This document shows, piece after piece, positions 9,159 to 19,599 of a DNA stretch of 64,000 nucleotides. The stretch lies in the NCBI GenBank assembly GCA_052035095.1, contig JBPOHW010000001.1, positions 44,857-108,856 of the forward strand. The letters are read 5' to 3'. Source of the stretch: Candidatus Moraniibacteriota bacterium. Its GTDB lineage: Bacteria > Patescibacteriota > Minisyncoccia > Moranbacterales > UBA1568. How positions within the stretch are numbered: position 1 is the stretch's first letter; every line of letters starts with the position of its first letter. The notes under the pieces are model-generated. The model did no database searches and was not told the origin of the DNA. It was given only the letters and a program-made list of their open reading frames with translations. Made by a program: the position numbers and the translations under genes.

Positions 9159-10272
9159 GTTCTTTTTGTTTCTTGAGATCCCGTTCGCCGGTCGTGCGGG
9201 AGACAGTGTCTTGTATGATGCCGGCGTAGCAGGCGGAGATGGTCGCCCAATCGAAATGTCGCGCCGTGTAGACCCGCGCCCGTTCGCCAAAAGCTTTTCG
9301 TTCTTCGGGATTCGAGAGGAGGTGCTCTATTTTTTTGCGCCAGTCTTCGACATTTTCCGGCTCGGCAAAAATCCCGTTTTTCCCGTCGGCAAAGGCGTCT
9401 TTGAGACCCTCGAGGCGCGAGACGATGACGGGGATGCCGCAGGATGATGCCTCGATCGGAGTTATGCCGAATCCTTCGACATCGCCCGGAATATGGATAT
9501 TGGGCTGGACGAAAATATCGCAGGTGTTCATCAGAATATCGCGCGCGCGGTCGCTCACATAGCCCAAGAGTTTCACGCGCTCAAAGTTCCGGGTTTCTTC
9601 GATGGCGGAGCGGATATTGTCGCGATCGGGACCGTCTCCTGCAACCACATAGAGCACGGCGTTTGGAAGCGTCGGGAGGACGTTTCGGATAAACCACGCG
9701 ACCCCTTTGCGTCGCGCGAGCCGTCCCGATGTAAGGAGAACTGTAACATCTTTCTTGAGGTCTCCGAGGATGCCTTCGAGATCTTTTCGACTGAAATTGG
9801 GATTGTGGTGTGCCGAGGGGTCAATGCCGTTGGGGACGAATTCGAAATTTTCCTTGGGGATGCCGTGCGCGACGCCGAGCGAGATCGTTTCATTGCCGAC
9901 CGCGATGAGGCGGTCGAGTTTGGGGAGGAAAACGCGTACCCAGAGAAATTGGTAGAGAAAAAACGGATACGTGATGTCGAGTCCGTGAACAACCGAGAGA
10001 ACTGCCTTTTTGGGATAACAAATTTTTGCCGCCCAGCCGATCACCGAGAGGACGCCGTCGCCCAAGAGGATAGCGTCGAATCGTCGGGCGCAGAGGAGTG
10101 TCCGAATGAGCGCGTACGGCAAAAAAAATGGCAGGAATTTCTTCCCGAAACGATTAACGATCGTTGTGACTGCGCCGTGCTTTTTGAGCCACGCCGAAAG
10201 CGCGTAGTTTTGATTCTCGATCCCGCCCACGACCGGCGGATAGGCGCGAGAAATGAAGAGGATGCGGAGCAT
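9151..10272 (-). CDS. GT4 family glycosyltransferase
   Basis: YPPVVGGIE, HGLD, GRLARRKG, EGFGITPIEASSCG. Confidence 0.92.
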   Translation of the reverse strand: MLRILFISRAYPPVVGGIENQNYALSAWLKKHGAVTTIVNRFGKKFLPFFLPYALIRTLLCARRFDAILLGDGVLSVIGWAAKICYPKKAVLSVVHGLDITYPFFLYQFLWVRVFLPKLDRLIAVGNETISLGVAHGIPKENFEFVPNGIDPSAHHNPNFSRKDLEGILGDLKKDVTVLLTSGRLARRKGVAWFIRNVLPTLPNAVLYVVAGDGPDRDNIRSAIEETRNFERVKLLGYVSDRARDILMNTCDIFVQPNIHIPGDVEGFGITPIEASSCGIPVIVSRLEGLKDAFADGKNGIFAEPENVEDWRKKIEHLLSNPEERKAFGERARVYTARHFDWATISACYAGIIQDTVSRTTGERDLKKQKEHD

Positions 10273-10274
10273 AG

Positions 10275-10415
10275 CAGTGAGTAGTCAGTAGCGAGTAGTG
10301 AGTAGCGAGTAATTCCGCTTGCATCGCTACGCGAAGCGTTGCGGGCAGGGAGTAAGGAGCGGGTTTGTCCGATTGTTTCCCGATGTATCGGGTTGTTGTC
10401 AGTTGTCAGTTGTTT
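10275..10415. repeat. Heptamer tandem repeats (AGTAGnG; CAGTTGT) plus a REP-like palindrome (GCATCGCTACGCGAAGCGTTGC)
   Basis: Direct reading of the intergenic sequence. Confidence 0.65.
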
Positions 10416-11365
10416 GTTTTTTCGTAGCGCATTTTCTTGGCGAGGTACATTTGTTCTTCAATGAGGCGGCGGTTGGATTTGACCATATCGGCGAGGAGCG
10501 CGAAGACGACGAATTGGAGACCGATCACGAAGGAAAGGGCGGAGAAGAAGAGGTAGTTGCGGTAGGGAGAAATTTTGAAATCCTGGAAATAGAGACCGAG
10601 GAAAACGAGGAAGAGGGCGAGGGCGACGCCGATCAGGGTAAAGCCCGGAATGCCGAAAAATTTCATCGGGCGCACATCGCGGATAGCGCGAACGATAATG
10701 CGCGAACTTTGCCGGATATACCGCGAGATGCTTTTGGTCATTTTTGATTTTCGCTCGGCAAAATACGTGACCGTGACCGGAACCCAGACAATCTTCATTC
10801 CTTTGCCGATCGCGTCGATGATGACTTCCTGGGTATAGGTGAAGTTTTCGAGGAGATTGAGTCGGAGGAGCGCCTCGCGGTTGTAGGCGCGGAAACCGCA
10901 GGTCAAATCCTGTATCGGCGTTTTGAGGAAACCGGAAATGAGGCGCGCGGCGAGGCGATTGAGACTGTCCTTGACGAGGGGTATGTTTTTTGCCTCGTGC
11001 TCTCCAAATCGGTCGGCGCTCACGATGTCGGCCGTGTTTGAGAGAAGGGGAGTAAGGAGCTTCCCGATGTCATGGGGATCAAACTGTCCGTCGGCGTCGA
11101 TGTTCACCATGATGTCGGCGTTCGCTTCAAGCGCCGCCTCGACCGAGGTGCGAAACGCTTTGCCGAGTCCCATATTGCGCGGGTGTGTCACGACGCGATC
11201 AGCGCCAGCTTCTTGCGCGACTCGCCCGGTATGATCGCTTGATCCGTCGTCCACGACATGAACGACAACCTCGCCAACTCCTTCGAACGAACGCGGAATG
11301 CGTCGTATTGTTTCGCCTATTTTCTCCGCCTCATTAAAGGCAGGAATATTGATGACTAATTTCAT
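10406..11365 (-). CDS. GT2 family glycosyltransferase (DPM-synthase-like) with C-terminal TM helices
   Basis: IPAFNEA, VDDGSSD, DADGQ, DLTCGFRAY. Confidence 0.92.
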   Translation of the reverse strand: MKLVINIPAFNEAEKIGETIRRIPRSFEGVGEVVVHVVDDGSSDHTGRVAQEAGADRVVTHPRNMGLGKAFRTSVEAALEANADIMVNIDADGQFDPHDIGKLLTPLLSNTADIVSADRFGEHEAKNIPLVKDSLNRLAARLISGFLKTPIQDLTCGFRAYNREALLRLNLLENFTYTQEVIIDAIGKGMKIVWVPVTVTYFAERKSKMTKSISRYIRQSSRIIVRAIRDVRPMKFFGIPGFTLIGVALALFLVFLGLYFQDFKISPYRNYLFFSALSFVIGLQFVVFALLADMVKSNRRLIEEQMYLAKKMRYEKTNN

Positions 11366-11457
11366 AAAGATGCACATTATCTTATGGCTACAGGTTTTTG
11401 TTGTCTCTTATTCCATCTAAAAGAGACGTAAAATCTTGCGTCTCTACAGGTTACACG

Positions 11458-11688
11458 TTATTTCTTTTTTATGAGTTTCATAAATTCGAAACAGGCGACG
11501 GGGCATTTGGCATTTTCGGCGCCTTCTTTTTGGATGGTTTTTTGGCATTCGATCGCGACGCCGAAACAGCGACTCTGGCTTTTCTTTACATAGTCCCAGT
11601 CTATTTGATAGTCAAAGAAATTCAAAAGGAAACTCCCGATAACCGTGAGCCCGACAATCCAGATGGCGAGACGAATAAGGTGAAACAT
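11458..11688 (-). CDS. Small membrane protein with Cys-rich C-terminus
   Basis: N-terminal TM, four Cys; operon orientation. Confidence 0.6.
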   Translation of the reverse strand: MFHLIRLAIWIVGLTVIGSFLLNFFDYQIDWDYVKKSQSRCFGVAIECQKTIQKEGAENAKCPVACFEFMKLIKKK

Positions 11689-11755
11689 ACGAGAGAAGTG
11701 GGTAGTTCGTAGTTTGTAGTGAGTATGCTCGATACTTTCTGCTTGATGCTTACTT

Positions 11756-13048
11756 CTATCTCCCGATTCCTTTGTAGATTATTCCCGATTTTCGAAACAG
11801 GTTTTTGTCAAAGGCGTTTTTGCCGTCGATGAAAACTCGCACCTTGTGTTTTTTGAGCAGGGCGGGGGTAATGGTGTCTTTGAACTCTCGGTGATCGGTC
11901 GCGAGGATAAGGGCGGTGGACTTCTTGAGAAGGGCATCGAGGGATTTCGCGCTTGATCGATCGAGAATATGCGGATCGTACACCTCAACCTTGGCGGAGT
12001 GTTTCTTGAGGTGTTCGATAATCCGGACGGAGGGCGATTCGCGCACATCGTCGATGTTTGCCTTGTAGGCGAGTCCCAAGACGCCGACGGTCGTGCCATT
12101 CATCGGAAGCTTCACCTGATTGAGCGCGTCTTGGAGGAGCTCTACGGTATAGTCCGGCATACCGTTATTGATTTCACGGGCGAGGCGCAGGAACTTGTGG
12201 TCGAAGCCGGCTTTTTTCGCGCGCTCTATCAAATAGTACGGATCGACAGGGATGCAGTGACCGCCCACGCCGCAGGAAGGGAAGTGTGCGAGGAAGGAGA
12301 AGGGTTTGGTCGCGGCGCCACGGATCACGTCTTTCACATCGATACCGAGCGCGTCAAACGAACGCGCAAGCTCGTTTACAAACGCGATATTGATATCGCG
12401 GAAGGAATTTTCAACCACCTTGACCGCCTCCGCCTCGCGGATGGATTTCATCGGGCGGATTTCGCCGTCGACAATGGAGCGGTAAAATGCGAGCGCGCGC
12501 CGGAGTCCGGTCGCGTCGAGGGCGCCGACGACACGGGGGATATTGGTGACGTTCCACACGTCGTCCCCGGGATTGATGCGTTCGGGGCAGTGGGCGAGGA
12601 AGACGTCTTTCCCGATTCTCTGACCCGCGCGTTCAAGAATAGGCACGACGACTTCTTCGGAAACGCCGGGATTGACGGTTGATTCGAGGACAACGAGCGC
12701 GCCTTTTTTGAGGTTGGCGGCGACGGTTTCCATCGCGCCGATAACCGGCGAAAGATCGGGAGCGTACACCTCATCAACCGGTGTCGGAACGCAGACGAGG
12801 ACGATGTCGGCCTTCTTGAGCGACTTCGGATCGGATGATGCGAGAACGGGGTGTTTCGGAAGATTTTCCTCGAGAAAGCGATCTTCAATGGGGCTTTTCC
12901 CTGTGTTGATGCATGCGTTTTTCTTTTCATCCAGATCAAATCCGAATACGTCATATCCGCGTTCTTTGGCACGAACGGCAAGCGGCAGTCCCACGTATCC
13001 CAAACCGACGATGCAGACCGTTTCTTTTTGAAGGGGAGTTTCTTTCAT
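11756..13048 (-). CDS. UDP-N-acetylhexosamine 6-dehydrogenase (WbpA/TviB/WecC family)
   Basis: GLGYVGLP, CVPTP, ESTVNPG, PERINPG, GVGGHCIPVDP, GLAYKANIDDVRESP. Confidence 0.95.
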   Translation of the reverse strand: MKETPLQKETVCIVGLGYVGLPLAVRAKERGYDVFGFDLDEKKNACINTGKSPIEDRFLEENLPKHPVLASSDPKSLKKADIVLVCVPTPVDEVYAPDLSPVIGAMETVAANLKKGALVVLESTVNPGVSEEVVVPILERAGQRIGKDVFLAHCPERINPGDDVWNVTNIPRVVGALDATGLRRALAFYRSIVDGEIRPMKSIREAEAVKVVENSFRDINIAFVNELARSFDALGIDVKDVIRGAATKPFSFLAHFPSCGVGGHCIPVDPYYLIERAKKAGFDHKFLRLAREINNGMPDYTVELLQDALNQVKLPMNGTTVGVLGLAYKANIDDVRESPSVRIIEHLKKHSAKVEVYDPHILDRSSAKSLDALLKKSTALILATDHREFKDTITPALLKKHKVRVFIDGKNAFDKNLFRKSGIIYKGIGR

Positions 13049-13197
13049 AGGAACAGAGAATTATGAGTAATGATCTATGCCTCCTTATCTTGCATTGTAC
13101 GAAAAAAAGCCGCAAAAGTCGAGGACGAACAAAAGGGAAGTGTTTGGGATAAAAATATCACGTCCGGAATCCTCAAAAGCCGCCGTTGATTCCAGTC

Positions 13198-13227
13198 TTG
13201 ACAAAATAATGGATTATGCGCTACTAT
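13198..13227 (+). promoter_or_regulatory. Putative sigma70 promoter TTGACA-18-TACTAT
   Basis: Sequence match upstream of ATG 13269. Confidence 0.5.
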
Positions 13228-13268
13228 GCGTAGACTCAATTTTATTAACAGGCGTTTCGCCCTCCACT

Positions 13269-14390
13269 ATGAATCAGTCAAAAACAATGACCGCGACGCT
13301 CGTTGCGGGAAAGCGCGCGAAGAATGTCGTGTCTCTGCGAAAAAATCCCGGTTCTCTCGGGGGCTTTTATACGACGGCGTTTCGAAAGTTTCTTCACTCG
13401 GTTTCGCCGCGAGCGCTTGCTATCGCCTCGGCGCGGTATGGCGCGGGTGGTAAAAAACCGATGACGCTTGAGGAAATCGGTCAGACCTATGGCATTACGC
13501 GTGAGCGTGTTCGACAGATCATTTCAGTACTTCTTGAGAATGTTCGCGCAAAGCGGTATCCGGCGGCGCTCGAAGAAGTTTCAAAAAAAATAGAATGGAC
13601 GCTCAAAAAGAGGAGTGGTATACTCGAAAAGGAGGCGTTCTTTTCCGCGATCGCAAAAGATGATGCGAAAGAGCAGGGAGCGGTTCGTTTTTTCTTGGCG
13701 GTGCTGCCCGAGCGTTTTCGAAAGTTTGAAAGTGACGTTCTGGTTCCATCAATCGCGCTCGCGTCGTTTTCGTATGAGGCGTGGCGAACGGTCAATGAGA
13801 ACGCCAAGCACCTCTTTGTCGAAAACGGCGCCTCGCTTGCCGAAGCGGAGCTTCTCAAACGACTCGGAAAAATTCCGGCGCTCAAAGCCTATAGCCAAGA
13901 AACGCTCCTTGATTTTCTTGCCGTGTCTCGAGAGTGCCGAAGGAACCCTTTTGGGCAATGGGGACTTCCCGAATGGAGCGATATTTGCCCGCGGGGAACA
14001 CGAGAACGGGCGTATTTGATTGTCCGAAATGAGAAAAAACCGCTTCACTTCCGGGATATCGCGGTCAAAATCGACCGTTCGGGATTGCAGAAGCCGGGAA
14101 AGACGACCCACCCGCAAACGGTGCACAACGAGCTTATCAAAGACAAGCGCTTCGTGTTGGTGGGGCGAGGAACTTACGCGCTCGTTGAGTGGGGATATCG
14201 GCGCGGAACCGTTCGGGAGGTGATCGAAGAAATTCTTCGCGAACAAAAAAAGCCGATTGATCGCGAAACCTTGATTGCCGAGGTTCTCAAGATTCGAGAT
14301 GTGAAAGAAGCGACGGTTGTGATCAATTTGAACGCGTTTTTTACGCGAGGGAAAGACGGGGCATATACGCTCCCGGAAACAAAAAAATAA
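13269..14390 (+). CDS. Sigma70 region-4 HTH plus winged-helix (HARE-HTH/RNAP-delta-like) protein
   Basis: TLEEIGQTYGITRERVRQI region 4.2; PLHFRDIA...QTVHNELIKDKRFVLVGRGTYAL winged helix. Confidence 0.8.
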   Translation: MNQSKTMTATLVAGKRAKNVVSLRKNPGSLGGFYTTAFRKFLHSVSPRALAIASARYGAGGKKPMTLEEIGQTYGITRERVRQIISVLLENVRAKRYPAALEEVSKKIEWTLKKRSGILEKEAFFSAIAKDDAKEQGAVRFFLAVLPERFRKFESDVLVPSIALASFSYEAWRTVNENAKHLFVENGASLAEAELLKRLGKIPALKAYSQETLLDFLAVSRECRRNPFGQWGLPEWSDICPRGTRERAYLIVRNEKKPLHFRDIAVKIDRSGLQKPGKTTHPQTVHNELIKDKRFVLVGRGTYALVEWGYRRGTVREVIEEILREQKKPIDRETLIAEVLKIRDVKEATVVINLNAFFTRGKDGAYTLPETKK

Positions 14391-14444
14391 CAGTATCGTA
14401 TTTGGCGGGATAGCGGTCGGGGGATTTTCAACGAATGATCTCTC

Positions 14445-15743
14445 ATGGGCACCCTTTTTTTCAAAAGTTTGACTGACATGGCGGAGGCGCTCTCCAATAT
14501 CTGGGGCGTTATGGGAGAGGCGTGGTTTGTTGTCCTTCCGCCGACCCTGTATTTTATTTTCAAACTGCTCTGGATGGATCACATCCAGAACCAATATATC
14601 GGAAGCGTCAAAACCGTGCTCCTCGAAATTATCCCGCCGCGCGATATCGAGAAGAGTCCCAAGGTGATGGAGACGATTTTTGACGGTATCGCCGGTGTCG
14701 ACAAAACGCCGACAACGGTAGAAGCCTTTGTTCAGGGGTACCTCCCTCCACTTATCAGTCTCGAGTTGGCGGGTGACGGGGTGACGGGGGGACACATATA
14801 CGTGCGGACACCGGTCGCGTTTCGAAACCTTATCGAGGCGTATTTTTACGCGCAGTATTCGAATGTGGAAATTGTCGAGGTGCCGGATTACGTGGATGAC
14901 ATCCCAAAGGGCGCGCCCAACAAGGAATGGGATCTTTTTGGTGCTGATGTCGAGTTTACCAAGCCGGACCCTTATCCGATCAAGACCTACCACTACTATG
15001 AAGAGGACGTGACCGGTAAAATGATCGATCCTCTGGCGGGACTCCTCGAGACATTCGGGAAACTGCCGCCCGGGCAAAAATTGTGGTTTCAAATGATTAT
15101 CACGCCGCTCAAGCCGACTTTTTACAATACCGGAAAGGAGCTCCTCAATGAAATCATCGGTCGCGCCGTGAAGGCAAAGCCAACCTCGGTTCTTGGGGAC
15201 ATCACTTCCGGTGTCGGGGAAATCGTAACCAATATACCGAAGGCGTTTTTCGGACCGGTTGAATTCGCCACCGCCAAAGAAGAAGAAAAAAAGAAAGACT
15301 TCCTCGAATATCAATTGACGCCGATTGAAAAAGAAGTGGTAAAAGCGCTCGAGGCGAATATCGGACGCAATGTGTTTAGCTGTCGTTTGCGTGTGATCTA
15401 TCTCGGAAAGAAGAAAGGATTTGACAAGTCTTTTGTCTCGTCGTTTTTCGGCGCGCTCAAGCAGTTCAACGATTTCAACTTAAACGGCTTTAAACCGAAT
15501 GACGCGTCGAAAACGTATGCCAATTACTTGTTTACGACTTCTCGTCTCCGGTATCGCCAGCGGAAACTCTTGCGTCGCTACAAATTTCGCGATCCCGATT
15601 CTCCGGTGCCAATGCTCGCTTTGAGTACCGCCGAACTCGCGACGCTTTTCCATATTCCGGATATGAATGTCATTGCGCCGTCACTCACCCGCGTCACATC
15701 CAAACAAGCCTCCGCCCCCGCCAACTTGCCCATACGACCGTAA
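14445..15743 (+). CDS. Conserved membrane-anchored protein partnered with the VirD4-like ATPase
   Basis: N-terminal TM, LEIIPP, SLELAG, ELATLFHIP motifs; 432 aa. Confidence 0.7.
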   Translation: MGTLFFKSLTDMAEALSNIWGVMGEAWFVVLPPTLYFIFKLLWMDHIQNQYIGSVKTVLLEIIPPRDIEKSPKVMETIFDGIAGVDKTPTTVEAFVQGYLPPLISLELAGDGVTGGHIYVRTPVAFRNLIEAYFYAQYSNVEIVEVPDYVDDIPKGAPNKEWDLFGADVEFTKPDPYPIKTYHYYEEDVTGKMIDPLAGLLETFGKLPPGQKLWFQMIITPLKPTFYNTGKELLNEIIGRAVKAKPTSVLGDITSGVGEIVTNIPKAFFGPVEFATAKEEEKKKDFLEYQLTPIEKEVVKALEANIGRNVFSCRLRVIYLGKKKGFDKSFVSSFFGALKQFNDFNLNGFKPNDASKTYANYLFTTSRLRYRQRKLLRRYKFRDPDSPVPMLALSTAELATLFHIPDMNVIAPSLTRVTSKQASAPANLPIRP

Positions 15744-15847
15744 AAATGCAAAAACAATGCAAAAAAGAAAATATGCGGATACGGAAATTTTTGATGTTTA
15801 GTGTTTCATTTTTCATTTTACTTTTTTCATTTTGAATTTCTCCCCCT

Positions 15848-17896
15848 ATGTCCGACGTGACCTATTTTGCAAAAACGAATTTTCGAAACGAGAACCGGGT
15901 GTTCGGCATCAAGGCGGATGATCGCCGCCGGCATATGTATATCATCGGGAAGACGGGTATGGGGAAGACGAACCTCCTCGAGAACCTCGTCATTCAGGAT
16001 ATTCAGCACGGTTACGGCATCGCCTATATCGATCCTCACGGTGACACCGCCGAGAAACTCATCCGCGCCATTCCGCCCTCGCGCGCGAACGATGTCATTT
16101 ATTTCAATCCCTCGGATCAGGATTTCCCCGTCGCCTTCAATGTGATGGAGCACGTCGGACCCGAGTATCGGCATTTGGTCGCGTCGGGTTTGGTCGGCGT
16201 GTTCAAAAAAATATGGGCTGACTCCTGGGGACCGCGACTCGAGTATATTCTGCGAAATGCAATCTTGGCGCTCCTTGAATATCCCGGATCGACGCTTTTG
16301 GGCGTGATGAGAATTTTGGTCGACAAGGAATACCGGAAGCGCGTGCTTGAAAAAGTGACCGATCCGGTGGTACGGTCGTTTTGGGTTGACGAATACACCA
16401 AATGGAACGATCGCGTACTCCAAGAAGTGATCGCGCCGATTCAAAACAAAGTCGGGCAGTTTCTTTCGAGTTCGCTTATTCGCAACATTGTCGGACAGAC
16501 GATTTCTTCGTTTGACGTGCGCGATGTTATGGATAGCGGGAAGATTCTCATTATGAATCTCTCCAAGGGTCGTATCGGCGAAGACAACAGCGCCCTCATC
16601 GGCGCGATGATGATTACCAAGATTCAGCTCGCCGCGATGGGGCGCGTGGATATGCCCGAAGAGGAGCGCAAAGACTTCTATCTCTACGTGGACGAGTTTC
16701 AAAATTTCGCGACGGAGTCGTTTGGAAATATTCTTTCCGAAGCGCGCAAGTATCGATTAAATCTTACGCTTGCCAATCAATATATCTTGCAAATCGAAGA
16801 ACCGGTGCGCGATGCTATCTTCGGCAATACGGGTACGATCATTAGTTTTCGCGTGGGCGCGACAGACGCGGAATTTCTCGAAAAAGAATTCGAACCGATT
16901 TTCTTGGCAACCGATATCGTGAATCTTGAAAAGTACCACATCTATTTGAAACTCATGATTGACGGTATTGCGGGAGACGCCTTCAGCGCGACGACGCTTC
17001 CGCCGATTGAGCTTCCGGAAAGTATGGAGAATGCCGACAAGATCATCCGACTTTCTCGCGAGCGATACGCCGCCAACAAGCAGGACGTCGAAGACAAAAT
17101 TCGTCGGTGGACCGGAATTCTGACCGAGGAAGAACGACAGAGTTTTGAGGAGCGGATGCGTGCGCGCGCCGAAGAGTCGGCTCGCGAAGGTGCCGCCTCA
17201 CCCCCCACTTCAGCCGTACCGATTCCAGCGTCGCCCCAACAATCGCCCCTGCCTTATTCCGTGGCGACGCAAAGATCGGTGCAGAAGCCGCTTGAGCAAC
17301 ATATATGGCATGAAAATAATCGCTCACCCCAGTCATTTCAAAGGCGGGATTCGCAACCATTGGCACCGACCATGGTAGAGAGAATACCGAACGCTCCCAC
17401 TCGTCCAAACGAATTCGTTGTTTCCGGGAAACCGCTTGCTCCGCTTCGCGAGGAAGCGTCGGCGGCGGTGCCAACGGAGGAGCGGGTTTTGTTTCGGTCC
17501 AGGTGCGCCGTTTGTAATATTGAAATCGAAGTTCCGTTTCGTCCGGATGGGAAACGCCCAACCTTCTGTAAAGAACACTTCAGGAGTTTTCAAAAAACGA
17601 TTGCGAAAACACGAACAGATCCCTTTCCCGCGCACACAGCACCTATTTCGTCTCCGCAATTTCGCGCTCCCCGTTTTGATCCGTTGTCGGAGAACCCGGT
17701 ACTGGAGAAGGGTATCGCAACATCCGCACCGCATACGTTTACCCCCAAGGCGTACGCGCCGAAAGACGCGCCGCTTTCTCTCGGGCAAATTCAGCATATC
17801 GCTCCGAAACCTTTCCGACACATTAAGGACGCTATCGATCTCGGCGAAGTGCGAAAGATACTCTCAACAGAGAGAACGGAAAAGAATCACGGGTAA
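15848..17896 (+). CDS. TraD/VirD4/TrwB-like P-loop ATPase with a C-terminal CxxC-x17-CxxH domain
   Basis: Walker A GKTGMGKT, DPHGD, Walker B LYVDEFQNF, SEARKY; CAVC...FCKEH. Confidence 0.88.
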   Translation: MSDVTYFAKTNFRNENRVFGIKADDRRRHMYIIGKTGMGKTNLLENLVIQDIQHGYGIAYIDPHGDTAEKLIRAIPPSRANDVIYFNPSDQDFPVAFNVMEHVGPEYRHLVASGLVGVFKKIWADSWGPRLEYILRNAILALLEYPGSTLLGVMRILVDKEYRKRVLEKVTDPVVRSFWVDEYTKWNDRVLQEVIAPIQNKVGQFLSSSLIRNIVGQTISSFDVRDVMDSGKILIMNLSKGRIGEDNSALIGAMMITKIQLAAMGRVDMPEEERKDFYLYVDEFQNFATESFGNILSEARKYRLNLTLANQYILQIEEPVRDAIFGNTGTIISFRVGATDAEFLEKEFEPIFLATDIVNLEKYHIYLKLMIDGIAGDAFSATTLPPIELPESMENADKIIRLSRERYAANKQDVEDKIRRWTGILTEEERQSFEERMRARAEESAREGAASPPTSAVPIPASPQQSPLPYSVATQRSVQKPLEQHIWHENNRSPQSFQRRDSQPLAPTMVERIPNAPTRPNEFVVSGKPLAPLREEASAAVPTEERVLFRSRCAVCNIEIEVPFRPDGKRPTFCKEHFRSFQKTIAKTRTDPFPAHTAPISSPQFRAPRFDPLSENPVLEKGIATSAPHTFTPKAYAPKDAPLSLGQIQHIAPKPFRHIKDAIDLGEVRKILSTERTEKNHG

Positions 17897-17939
17897 AAAG
17901 TGGATTTCGTATCAAACTTTAATTTTTTCAACTCGTTCT

Positions 17940-18059
17940 ATGACGCAATTCAAAAAACGATATCGACGAATGTATGCCGCATGGGTGGTGATTTCCATTC
18001 TCGCAGTGATCTCTATGATTTTCTTTCTTATCGCGCCGATTTTTACCTATCGTCGTTAG
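17940..18059 (+). CDS. Small single-TM protein
   Basis: MTQFKKRYRR followed by a hydrophobic helix; fills the gap before the next gene. Confidence 0.5.
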   Translation: MTQFKKRYRRMYAAWVVISILAVISMIFFLIAPIFTYRR

Positions 18060-18060
18060 T

Positions 18061-18486
18061 ATGAAAAAAGTATTCGTATTTTTTTTCTCGGGAGGAATTC
18101 TTTTCCTCGGTATTGTTGGGAGTCTTTTTGTCGGATACCGCGCGTACGAGGAGTCCAAACGAAACAAAAGTATACTGGTGGAGATTCAAGCCCTTGAAAG
18201 GGAAGCAAACCAAGTGGATCAAGAAAACAGAAAGCTCCGCGACCGTATCGAGTATCTCCAATCGGACAGTTTCCGAGAACAGGAAGCCAAACGTCTTCTC
18301 GAATACCAAAAGTCCGGAGAGAAGGTTGTTTTTATTCGGGGGCGAACGAAAACTGCCGCCAAGAAGAGCGAGTCGGGCGATTTTCGAGCATCTGTTCCGA
18401 CGGTTCTCGGCGCTACTTCTCCCGAAATGCCGAATCCGATACAATGGTGGTACGAATTTTTCGGTTCAAAAAACAATAATCGCTGA
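18061..18486 (+). CDS. Septum formation initiator (FtsB/DivIC family)
   Basis: TM plus coiled coil, E..AK..L.Y.K.GE motif. Confidence 0.8.
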   Translation: MKKVFVFFFSGGILFLGIVGSLFVGYRAYEESKRNKSILVEIQALEREANQVDQENRKLRDRIEYLQSDSFREQEAKRLLEYQKSGEKVVFIRGRTKTAAKKSESGDFRASVPTVLGATSPEMPNPIQWWYEFFGSKNNNR

Positions 18487-18492
18487 AACGCT

Positions 18493-19572
18493 ATGGAAAA
18501 CAACGAAACCGAAAAAAAAGAGGGAATGGAAAAAAAACACGCGCGTTTTCGTTTGGGGACGATGCTTTTTGGCGTGATTCTCGTTGTCGGAATCAGTTTT
18601 GTTTCCAGCGCGTTTCTTGTTGTCTTTCATCCGGATACTTTGGTTGCCACCTTGCTTCGTCGCGTTCTTCCGTTTCCGGTCGCTGTCGTGGATGGCGCTT
18701 TTATATCCTATCGAGAACTTGATCGCGATCGGGAATCGGTGCGCAGGTTTTACGAATCGCAAGCAGAGGCGCTTTCAGAGCGGGGGTTTCGGGTGGATTT
18801 TGATACGCCGGAAGGGAAAAGCCGACTTCTGATCCGAGAGAAAGATATTTTGAACAAACTCGTGGAAGATGAGATTATCCGCTCGCTTGCCCGAGAAAAG
18901 AGCATTCGTTTTTCCGATGATGAGATAGAGAGGCAATTTCAAGCGGCCATTCAAAAAGAAGGAGGAAGTCAGGAAAATCTCGAAGATCGACTCAAAACTT
19001 TGTATGGATGGGATATCGAAACATTTCAAGAAAAAATCATCATCCCATCCCTCTATCGGGAGAATCTTGAAAAATCTTTCGAAGAAGCTCGAGATATAAC
19101 GGTGGCAAAATCCGCCATAGAGAAAGCGTCCTCCGCACTCAAAGACGGGGAATCGTTCGAAAAAGTGGCCGAAACATTTTCGGAAGGAGACTCGGGAAAG
19201 TCCGGGGGAGATTTAGGCTGGGTAGATATTGGAACGCTTGTTCCGGAACTGCAAAACGCCGCAAAGACTCAGGTGGTAAACAGGGTTGGTCCGATTATAG
19301 AAAGTTCGATCGGATTTCATATTGTGTCTGTGTTGGAGCGAAAAACGGAAGGTGAGAAAGAGCTGGCGCACCTGCGACAGGTATTTACTCGGAAACCGAT
19401 GTTTTCGGATTGGTTAAACGAGAAAAAACGGGAGAAGCTTGTCTTCATTTTTCCGCGCCGGTATATTTGGGATGCGGGAGTTGGTGCCGTTCTCTTCCGC
19501 GATGGAGAGCTGCGGTCATTTGAGAAACGCGCCCTCGAAAAATCCGAAGGCGATCCATCACTTATTTTCTAA
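18493..19572 (+). CDS. PrsA/SurA-like parvulin foldase
   Basis: SurA N-domain; FEKVAETFSEGDSGKSGGDLGW...IGFHIV. Confidence 0.88.
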   Translation: MENNETEKKEGMEKKHARFRLGTMLFGVILVVGISFVSSAFLVVFHPDTLVATLLRRVLPFPVAVVDGAFISYRELDRDRESVRRFYESQAEALSERGFRVDFDTPEGKSRLLIREKDILNKLVEDEIIRSLAREKSIRFSDDEIERQFQAAIQKEGGSQENLEDRLKTLYGWDIETFQEKIIIPSLYRENLEKSFEEARDITVAKSAIEKASSALKDGESFEKVAETFSEGDSGKSGGDLGWVDIGTLVPELQNAAKTQVVNRVGPIIESSIGFHIVSVLERKTEGEKELAHLRQVFTRKPMFSDWLNEKKREKLVFIFPRRYIWDAGVGAVLFRDGELRSFEKRALEKSEGDPSLIF

Positions 19573-19599
19573 AAATAATTAACTTTTTACTCAACCCCT

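Noticed and set aside
13749-15314. 521-aa minus-strand ORF (likewise 30359-32035)
   Set aside because: Overlaps well-supported + strand genes and has no motifs of its own.
15848-17896. Conjugative element around the VirD4-like ATPase
   Set aside because: No relaxase, VirB genes, integrase or att sites nearby; the flanks are housekeeping genes.
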